A stretch of DNA of 64,000 nucleotides. Origin: Lama guanicoe (lineage: Eukaryota). The stretch's first letter is position 1; each line of letters opens with the position of its first letter. Where the stretch lies: NCBI GenBank assembly GCA_013239625.1, contig MU054323.1, positions 1,116,001 through 1,180,000 of the forward strand. The letters run 5' to 3'. The notes beneath the pieces were generated by a model. It did no database searches. It saw nothing but the letters and a program-made list of their open reading frames with translations, and had not been told where the DNA came from. Positions 54,520-64,000 of the stretch are shown piece by piece. Position numbers and translations under genes: made by a program.

Positions 54520-54825
54520 GAGTTGAAAGCCAGTCTACAGAAAATCCTTTCAAATACTATAACTTATATATGAAAGATATATGATAGACGTTTTCCTATA
54601 TTTAAGAACAATTCCCCAAATTTAAATGCATTACTAAATTCTTACTGAACAATAACTAAAAATTCAGTTACCCATGACAGAAAAAACTTATAAATAATTG
54701 CTTTATTCTCTCTATAAATAAGGTTATAACATATTATTATAGAAAAAAATCAAATGACACTTAGCTAAATAAAGATAGAAAAAATATTATAGAGGTAAGA
54801 TAGGCAGTTAATAAAATTTTTAATA
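54520..54825 (+). mobile_element. Zaphod-like hAT-Tip100 transposon fragment (decayed transposase C-terminus)
   Basis: 'tgatagacgttttcctatatttaagaacaatt', 'ttattctctctata' and 'tattatagaggtaagataggcagttaataaa' follow the recalled Zaphod consensus. Confidence 0.65.
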
Positions 54826-55181
54826 GTTCTCAAATTGAAAGTAGTGGAGAGGAACAGGACAAGTGTTTCTTCAATTCTCCACGCTGGAAAATGAGTAAAG
54901 GCTAATAAAGGTTTATCACTGAAAAGGATCTTAAGTCTGGTTTAAATAAAAGACTTGAATTCTTTGAATTGATTGCAAAACACAGTAAAAGCTAATGTGT
55001 CTGCATTAACTTTATTGCAAGTATACCTGTTAGACTAAATTCTTTAGGTCTTTGTTAAACCTTAGAACAAATATGTAAATTTTTCTGCTTTTGACAAATT
55101 TCCCAAAGCCAATAGTTAACCAGAGATATAAAACAATGGTTCTGTAATAAATACATAACCTAGGGCTGCAAAGAAGGTCTA

Positions 55182-55499
55182 CAGTTGGCCCTCCTTTTCT
55201 ATGGGTTCCACACCTGGAGATTCAAAGAACCGCTGATCAAAAATATTCAGAAAAAAAATCCAGAAAGTTCCAATAAAGCAAAACTTAAATTTGCCATGCA
55301 TTGACAGCTATTTATATAGCATATGCATTTCATTAGGTTTTATAAGCAATCTAGAGATGGCTTAAAGTATATGGGAAGATGTGGGTAGATGATATATGAA
55401 AATACTACACCATTTTATATAAAAGACTTGAGCATCCATGGATTTTAGCATCTGCAGGGTGTCCTGAAACCAATGCCCCTGGATACCATGAGAGCACTA
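55182..55499. mobile_element. Tigger3a-type TcMar non-autonomous element
   Basis: TA followed by 'cagttggccctcc...atgggttccaca'; internal 'aatctagagatg' and 'gacttgagcatccatggatttt'; end 'ggataccatgagagcacta'. Confidence 0.9.
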
Positions 55500-55918
55500 T
55501 GGTTTGCTTCAGGCAATTATACTATTCTGGGAACTTCATTTGTACACGTATGTTTTTGCAGTATAGAAAGGAGCATATTTTGATGTATTTGAAACTGTTG
55601 TCAAGAAGAAATGACCTATAACTCTCAAGCAAGAGAATCATAAGCATTTCATATGATTTACCATGAGTAAGAAGAGAACTTCACAACTCAGTCTGCCTCA
55701 GGGAAGTAGAAGAACCAGGTATAAAACTGGGAGGGATGGAGGTACCATAGTGCTATGAGAAACAGAATAAAACAGGTGTTCTAACCACAATTATGCAGAT
55801 AGCTCGTGATATGATCTTAAGAAAGTGAACTATATTTTCTCTGGACTTCCATACCCTCATCTATCAAATAAAACAGCTTTTAAGGTTTGTGATGTGGTAC
55901 AGGGTTGAATTCTTGACG

Positions 55919-56180
55919 CAGTTTTTCCCAAAGTGTTTTTCTTAACTCTAGTCCAAAATAGAAGTTCTGAAAAAATAGCATCCCATGGTCAAATTATTTT
56001 TTTAAATATTGCAGTTTTTTTCCTATTGGTATATTCAGTGTGCATTAGCATAATGCTGCTTCTAAGCTGCACTACAGAAAAGTAATATTTTTATCTGTGT
56101 TTAGGATAGAGCTTGAAAAATGTATTTGACTGTGAAAACCTTTTAGCATAATATCTATGACATGTAATTTGGGAATGCTT
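55919..56180. mobile_element. Non-autonomous hAT-Charlie-type element (subfamily uncertain)
   Basis: Imperfect terminal inverted repeats 'cagtttttcccaaa' and 'tttgggaatgctt'. Confidence 0.55.
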
Positions 56181-57074
56181 CTCTAAAGCAGCATTTGAGA
56201 GTTTCTTTAGAGAGACTTACAATGCAGTATTTGTGGTTAGATAGCACAGACAGAACCCTGCTTTGAGCTGTCCTCCTGTGATGGTGCTGAATTTATTACT
56301 AGGAGGTCACTAGAAGACAGGGCAGAATACTTTGACATAGAACATAAAATGGAGAGGAGGAGTACTGGGGGGCAGGAAAGTTAAGAGTATGTTGATCTTT
56401 AATAAAGTTCTTCCCAATGGAGGAATTTTTAACCTATTTTTAATGGCAAGAAATCACGTGGGATTGGAGAGTCATTGACTGTAAATATAAGCTCATTTCT
56501 ACGTCAGGCCCTCATCTGAGAAGAGGGGATACAACGCAAGAAATGAAAGTCACAACTTGTAACTGTGAATTATGTTCTATGAGAGATACAAAAGAGAGCA
56601 CAAACTTGTGGTCTTTATTCTAAAAGGATTTAGTTTCCAGTTTGGGAAATAATGCAAATGTGTGTAATAAAAAGGAACACAAGACAGTATAAGTGGATTT
56701 AAAAGATAAGCAGATACTGTGGTACCATAAGTATTTGCAAAAGGGATAAGTCCTGAGGTGTGGCTAGAGAAGACAAAGAAAAGGGATGGTATAGATCTTC
56801 TAAGAATGAGCAAACTGAGGAGCAATCTGTGGATGCTTGGATGGATGAATAAAAGAGTAAAAATCATAATGACAATAAAAACAGCTTAGATAAGGAAATG
56901 ATCATATGTCAGGATATCTGGGGTATGAACACTGCCAATGACACCTAATAATAAGGAATTTGAAGCAAGAGCTGTCAGGTCACAGACAAAAGAGTCAAAA
57001 AGTCAAGGAAAGAAAGAGCAATGCCTGTCGCTAAAAGCCCAAATGCTTATGAAAAATGGGTCAAGTGTTAAAGG

Positions 57075-57737
57075 TGAGACAGGACGGAAGGGGGCAGGGC
57101 ACAGCCACTCAAGGAATGACAGCAATTTAACACCAAAATGGTGGAAGATTCACCAAAATGGTGGAAGTTTCAACTCCTAGTTGGCTTCAAGATTAAGGAT
57201 TAGGAGGAAGTTTGACTTCTGGTAGACCTTGAGCTTCATTATATGCTCATTGTAACAGCCTGATCAATAACATGCCCGCAGGTGCCATGACAGCCCCAAG
57301 GCTAACCACAAAAGCCAAAGATTGGGCAGTGGCCCAGTTCCTGGTAATCTCAGTCCCTTCCCCAGGGCAGTTGGAACAGTCCCATCTGTAGGCCTGTGAA
57401 GCTACAGAGCCCATAAAAACTGACAACACCATGCCTAGCAGCCTTTCCGCTCCCTCCCCTTCAGATGTGGCCCGCACTCAGTCTGTGGAGTGTGTACCTA
57501 CTTTTACTTTAACCTGAGCACCCAATTCCCACCCCTCTTTCCTTGCCTTTCTCTTGCCGTACACTCTATGCAGTGTGTATCTCTCTAAATAAATCTACCT
57601 TTATTCAATAGTGGCTCGCACTTGAATTCTTTCCTGCACAAAGCCAAGGACCCACACCTGGCAAGGCACATCCCAGGGGCTCAACCGAAGCCTGGGACAC
57701 AGCCCTCCTCATGCCCCACATCCGTTTTCCTGCATCA
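57075..57737 (+). mobile_element. ERV1-class solo LTR, MER41-like
   Basis: TG...CA termini, perfect 4-bp TSD AAGG (57071-57074 and 57738-57741), TATA-like CATAAAAA at 57412, AATAAA at 57588, and MER41-like 'cttgaattctttcctgcacaaagccaaggaccc'. Confidence 0.9.
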
Positions 57738-57741
57738 AAGG

Positions 57742-60260
57742 TACAGTGCTTTAAAGACACGCAGTCCCTGAACCACAGGAACTCAGGATATCTTGACAGA
57801 GAGAAGAGAAAAGAGCAGAAAAGTAACTCTAATAAAATATATACACATGAGTAATTCTAATAAAATAAGTTAGTGATTCAATCTTTAATATAAGTCAAAC
57901 ACAAAATCTATAGAGTACAAAGGAGAGAGTTAAATTTTGACTGTGATATTCTATAAAGGTTATATAAAGGAAGTGACATTTAAGCCAAGTCTTTAAAAAT
58001 GAATTACACTAAATGAGACAGAGCATGAAGAGAGAATTTCGGAAAGTCCAAACCAATAAGGAAAAGGAATGGATATGTGAGAGTGAATGGAATCTGCAAA
58101 GAATGTTCAAGCACAAATGTGACTATGAGGGGCAAGTGGCAGTGGACGAGACTGAAAATACACTTTGGACAAAACTGTAAGGGATCTTGAACGTCGTATC
58201 AACAAAAATATTATATAGAAGAATATTATGATTAAGTCTGTTTTAAAACAAAATTTCCAAACCATTCCTTCTAGGTTTTACAGAGACCACTCAAGAGGCA
58301 ATTCAGAGTAAACAAGGACAGAAGAAAATAAGGGTGCACTCGCTTCCAAATATCATATCCCTGATTTAATTTGAGTAGCTCTGCTTTATATCTCATTGCA
58401 CATAAGGCTTCCACTTAGGGTTTGGTTTGAACAAAGAGATTCACGTGTTTAAAATAATGTTTACTACCCAAAGATTTGGAAAGATAACTCCGTTTGTCTA
58501 GTACTAGACACATTAGAAAGACAAGGATATTTTAGGAAGATATTGTAACAATTTAGCTAAGATATGATGAACCCTCAGAGAAATCAACACTAGTATAAAA
58601 CAGGAAAATTGAAAAAATATTTCTGAGTTATAATAAGCAGGAACAGTCTGCATGTTGAATATAGATAATGAAGTGCAAGGTGGACTAAAATGATGACTCC
58701 AAGGTTTAAGCTCACAGGCCCACAAATATGGTGGTATTACTCACTGAGATAAGAATCATAGGTTGAAGGGAAGATAAGCGATGAGACCTATTCAATTTTA
58801 TATACCATAATTCTAGATCCATGACTTGTAACTGGAAAAAGATACACAGGTGTTTCAGGAGACAAACATGGGTTAGAGATATATATTTGGGCATCCAATT
58901 GAAGAAGAGTGAACATAAGGTCCAACTATGACCTTCCAAGGAAAAATTATTAACAGTTAATATTAGGTAGGCATTTAATATATGTCAGTAACTATGCTAA
59001 GAGTCTTACATGCATTAGTTTTTTTAATTGCATATGAATCCTATGAGTAAAGAGGAGCAGAATAAGGTAGCAATTAACATCTGGAAATGAACTACTGATA
59101 TCCAAACCCTTGCTCAGCTGTTAACTATCTGTGTCTTGGGCACAAATTATTTAACTTCTCTGTGTTTCAGTGTGCTTATCTGTAAAATGGGGATAATAAC
59201 CCCTAGCGCTATGATGCAAAGTGTTTATAATAGCTCCTGGCGCATAGCAAGTGTTCAGTAAAAATAAATGAGCAATTATTTTCCACCTCATTTTACAGTT
59301 AATGGAAGTTAAGTTATAGAGAGGTTAAATAACTAGTGAAGGACACGCTGCTGAATAAGTGGCCAGCATATTCTACTCCCAACCACACTCTTAACCTTTA
59401 TGCTAGCCTGACTGATGTAGCAAACAGACAAAGGTCAAGATTGTAACCTTGGAAAGTGCCTATATTTAATCAATGAGTAGAAACCCAAGCACTAGTCAGA
59501 TGTGCTTAGAAGGCATGATCAGATTGCCAAGAGAGGCCGGGGGTGGGGGGCAAGGGTGTGGTGTTACCAAGCTGTTGAGGAAAGGGGTAGTCAATAATTT
59601 CAAAAGCTGCAGAGAGTTTAAAAAAGAAATGTAATAAGAAAAGACTGCTGGATTCAGCAATCAGAAAATCCTGGGAACATTGAAGAGAGGATTGAGCAGA
59701 TTAGAAAAGGCAAAAACCAAGCAGAACATTTAAGAAATAAATGCAAGGGAGGGAAATATCAGCAGTAAGTGCAGAAGTAAAGTGGAGAAAGGATGTCAAT
59801 TTAACAGAACAACTTAAGGGAAAGAAAGCTTAAGGCAGGTTTTCACAGAATGAGGAAGTCTTAGCTATTTTTCTATGTAGAGACCAGTACAATTAATGGG
59901 AGAAGAGGAGACATTAGGAAGGGGCCAATCAATACATCAGGACCAAGAAGGATGTGGGTGTGCCTGGTGAAGAGAACAAAGTGGTACACTGTAGCCTTAG
60001 GAAAGAGACACTTGGTTTATTTCACATCAAGAGAGAATAGAAAACATGATTAATACTTAAGGTGTAAGGGAGGTAGATGGAATTTATCCCTTAGCAGTTT
60101 CATGTTTTTTGTGTGAAAAAAAAGAGATTTGTTCGTAAACAGTGAGAAAGGGATTGCGTAGGGACCTTGAGGAAGAATGAACCTTTCTCCACCGGGATGG
60201 GATAAAGGTTACTGAGCAGCGGTGAAGGTCCTGCTGAGCTAGAGCAGCACCACTGATTAA
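57742..60260 (-). mobile_element. Long fragmented L2 with nested MIRs (MIR(-) 58950-59050 and 59270-59400; MIR(+) 59080-59265)
   Basis: L2 motifs 'ggaagtgacatttaagccaagtcttt' and 'atgatgactccaaggtttaagc'; MIR cores 'ttcagtgtgcttatctgtaaaatggggataataac' and 'cattttacag...agaggttaaataact'. Confidence 0.7.
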
Positions 60261-62649
60261 GCAGCTTGTACAAGGAAGTGAAAAAGATAACGACTCTCCT
60301 ATTCACAGAATAACTTAAATGGAGACAAAGTGATACAAACAACTCACACAAATGGAAACGGTGCTTCTAGTTAATTCACACTTCACAGAAAAAGAGATAG
60401 AGAATGTTGACCTGTATTTGCATAAGGCATAATCCATGAATGTGTGCAACAAGATGCACAACACTTATCATGAAACTGCTTGTAGAGGTGCAGAGATTGC
60501 AGTATCATTTTCAGACGTTTTAGTCACAGGACACACATACGGAAACTTGCAGAGCTAAGATTCTAACTCTGACTCTGCCACTAATAACTGGCTAATGGCC
60601 TAGCCTGGCCAAAATGTTTCCTCTCTCTGTGCTTCAATGTCTTCACTACAAAGTGGGGCTAAATTAGGAGCTCTTTGAAGAGTAGTCCAGCTTTAAGATC
60701 GCAAGGGTCTATAGTACAAATAATAACATACACCGCCTTCCCTCTCCATCTCCCACACCTACAGGGATCTGCTTTTTGTATAGGATGTGGCTCTTAAGCT
60801 GACATTAAAGGAATGTATTATTTAGAGCTCTCAGGATAGATACAGGCAACCTCACTGACCCAATGGCAGGTCTACAGCTAAGCCCCAAGAAAGAGCTGCT
60901 TCATTCCTCTTTCTCTAAGTGGCATTCTGTGCTACTTAATTTGCATGGAAAAAGATGAATGTTCCACAGCTACAGAGGTTTAAAGAATCATCCCAGATGA
61001 CACTAGGATCTTTGAGTCCCTATTCTGGTTGGATTTGGGTAGTCGCTTTCAGTTGAAAGTGTTTTGGACAAAGGGACAATTTCACTAACAAATAAAAACT
61101 TTTGGAGGCCCACATTATGGATGAGGAAGAATAGTTCTAACCTATGGAAAAAAAAAAACACACGAGAAGGGTTTAGATCAAATGATGGTAATTTAGGCAT
61201 GATCAAAGGGTGAACAGGTCCTTGGATAATTTTGTCTCAATATCAGCAAATTGCTTTGTTGCAATAGAAAATATGACCCCTCCCCCCTAAAAAGCTATGT
61301 ACACCATCTTCTTTACTGCTCCTCTTAAAGTGTCCCATATGTCTACTTTCCCCATCAGGTCCAGTAGCAACCTTTTTGAATTCTAGTCCTATTTTCATCC
61401 TCACGACATGCAGCAGACGCATGTGATGCTTAGCACATTGTAGGCACTCAATAAATATCTGCTGGAAAAAGATGTGTCTGGCCAAATCTTGCATAAGAAG
61501 TCACACTTCGAGATTTTACTCGGGAGAATAAGAATCCTTTTTTACATCAGTCAACATATGGCAACACGGCACTCAGTTTTACGTGAGTCAAACTGCAGGG
61601 TTGGTGCTTACCTAGGATTCTTACAAGGCTTCCTAGCGCAAGTGCCACACACTGATAACTGTGGGCACTTGGCAAACACGCTTGAGCCTGAATTTATGAT
61701 ATGATTTCATATGTATGTCTTTTACTAGCCTTGCAACCCAGCCCCCAGGAAAATAAGTAGATTCATAGGTCTAATGATTTCAATTGCTTTAGGAAATATG
61801 GCTCACAATGGTGTTAGTGAGTAATTTCTCTTGCTCACCATGCCTCCCTACATAAAGCAAATGCCCAGGCATGAACAAAGTGTTTTCTCAAAGCTCAGTC
61901 ATTTATACATCCATGGAATAAATGTGCACTTACTTCCATTTGAAACTACAATCGCAAATTTCATTTGCTCTAAGGGATATATGAATTGGTATCAGAAAAA
62001 GGTCCCTCATCAACACAAATAAATCAGAAAAGTCTATTCGTGCAACTGCTGATTTTAAAAATGAGGCACTATGTGTAAAACTAATTTTTAAGTGGAAAAG
62101 AGATATTGAAAAAGCACACCTATTTATAATAAAGCTATGATAATTAGGAAAATGAATAACTGGTTTTTACAAAACTCAATACTGTCTTAAAATATAACCA
62201 CAACCCCCTTATTGATGACCACTGGAGAACTTAGAAGATAAGATTGATTACATGTTGCATACACAATCATGCTTTTTACTATTAATTATAATTTATTATT
62301 TATATAAAATTCTATAAAAACACACCAAAGTCCACAGGTAGAATGAAAACACATTATTAAAAATCTCCACTGCAATCTCAATAAAGTAAAAATTTACTTA
62401 TTAAGACATCTTCATATAAATCAAGATTCTGACCCAGGGACAATTACACTAGAATGATACTGGCATATGTTTAAGAACTATGAATATTAGATATTATTTA
62501 ATAGCAGTTAAGTACAGTGAAGTTATCATTGTTTAAAGTTTGATTTCTCCCCACACTGCTGCTAAGAGACTACTGTAGAAAAAGTCAAATAGCTTGGATT
62601 GTTAGAATATTAATCTATACGTAAGTATGAATAAAGACATATCTTCCCA

Positions 62650-63225
62650 GCACACTTACAACCATATAACCTCCTTGTTCAAACATTTTGATAGCTGCCT
62701 CTATGTTTAAAAGCAATTTAATATCCTCATCATGGTGAGATCTGGTCCTCGCCCACCTTTCCTGCTTATTTCTTTCCAAAACAAAATGGGCTTTGTCACC
62801 ATTTCCTGGACATGCTTCCGCCTCTGTCTCTTCTCATGGCCTCCCCTCTACCTAGAATCTCACATCTTCATGCACAGAAATACTATACAATCTTTCAAGT
62901 TCATACGAATAGCTCCTCCTCTATGAAACTTTCCCAGAACTCTCAGTGAGAGCGTTTTGTTTCCCTGAACCCCCCAGCATTCTGTGTTTCTCTGAGCGAG
63001 CCATTCCTATTCACCTGCCACCTTTTGGCCTAACGAGTTTTCCTCTCCAGGCTTCTGGCTCCTAAAACACTCTGCCTGAAGGTATTTGAGTACTTGGCTG
63101 TCTTCTTGCTCAACTAAACTCTTGAAGGCAGACCCTGTCTTTCCTTTCTTCTTAGCATTTCAATTGTCTTCACAGACTCTGATCCACTGTAGATATGAGG
63201 CAAGCATTTATTGGGTGACTGAATA
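62650..63225 (+). mobile_element. L2 3' fragment
   Basis: 'ctcctcctctatgaaactttccc' and 'actaaactcttgaaggcagaccctgtct...ttattgggtgactgaat'. Confidence 0.7.
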
Positions 63226-63487
63226 AAAATACTGCTTGAGAAAACAACCCCAATGGTGCGTTAGGAGATTAAACCTTTAATCCTTTCATCTTTTTAGTAT
63301 CCTCAGGATATTCCACAATGTATGTACAATTTTTAATCAGATAAAACTAATTTTATAATTATCAACATTTCTGAAACTAATTCTTTTAACCATAAGAGAA
63401 CGCTCTAATGCATCAAAGTGTGCTGAGCTTCCCTCAGTGTGCACCCATTTAAACAACTGAATGCAATTGTCACTCAAACTGACCAAA

Positions 63488-63492
63488 ATATA

Positions 63493-63530
<38 letters not shown>
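63488..63530. repeat. (TA)n microsatellite with one interruption
   Basis: Read directly. Confidence 0.95.
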
Positions 63531-63531
<1 letters not shown>

Positions 63532-64000
63532 TCAATGTCTTTAAAAATACAGGAGTTTATGCTATATTATGAGAAGAAATAAAATGTGTAATCAAAGGGC
63601 TTAGACAAATTATTTTTAATACTCTGAATATATAGGCAAAAAATAAGAGTAGTTAAAATGCCTTCTGTAATGAGACTTTTTCACCTGCAGTTACTAACTT
63701 TTAGTATAAGAACCTAAACTCTAGGCTCCGATGTCTTAAGTGTCTGTTAATCTACCTACATCTAAGACTAGCTAGCTAGGAATCTAGCTCTAATAATAGC
63801 TGGTAGGAATTCCTTAACCTAGGAAAGTATATAACAAATAAAATAGTGAAAATAAAACTGTATGTATATATATATACCCTCTGGAATGAAAAAAAAATAT
63901 GTATGTATACAATTTACTTTGCAATGAAACAAAAATGTGCATATAGTGGATTTAGTTTCAAATTCTTAATCACAAGAATCTAATAAGCATGCCTAACTTA

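Noticed and set aside
54830..55170. ERV internal fragment
   Set aside because: Only a vague resemblance, with no coding motif or adjoining LTR.
1..64000. All ORFs in the supplied track as protein-coding genes
   Set aside because: They are 60-141 aa, many start at TTG or GTG, many overlap decayed repeats, none resembles a protein family I recognise, and I found no consistent exon chain.

Overview
This 64 kb window is AT-rich, CpG-depleted placental-mammal DNA, most likely from a camelid. The taxon call rests on an intact tRNA-derived SINE resembling camelid vic-1 at 29912-30051, a young L1 3' end at about 16721-16948 and a MER41-like ERV1 solo LTR at 57075-57737. I cannot support any protein-coding gene, RNA gene or CpG island: the listed ORFs are short, overlap repeats and match no protein family I recognise. 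The window reads as intergenic or deep-intronic. It is dominated by old repeats (L2, MIR, L1M, L3/CR1, MLT1, MER5, Tigger3, Zaphod-like), with several nested insertions and TE-poor stretches carrying candidate regulatory motifs. I found no novel biological system. The findings are modest observations on transposon evolution and possible cis-regulation. Repeat names come from recalled consensus sequences, not a database search, and boundaries of old repeats are approximate (tens of bp).
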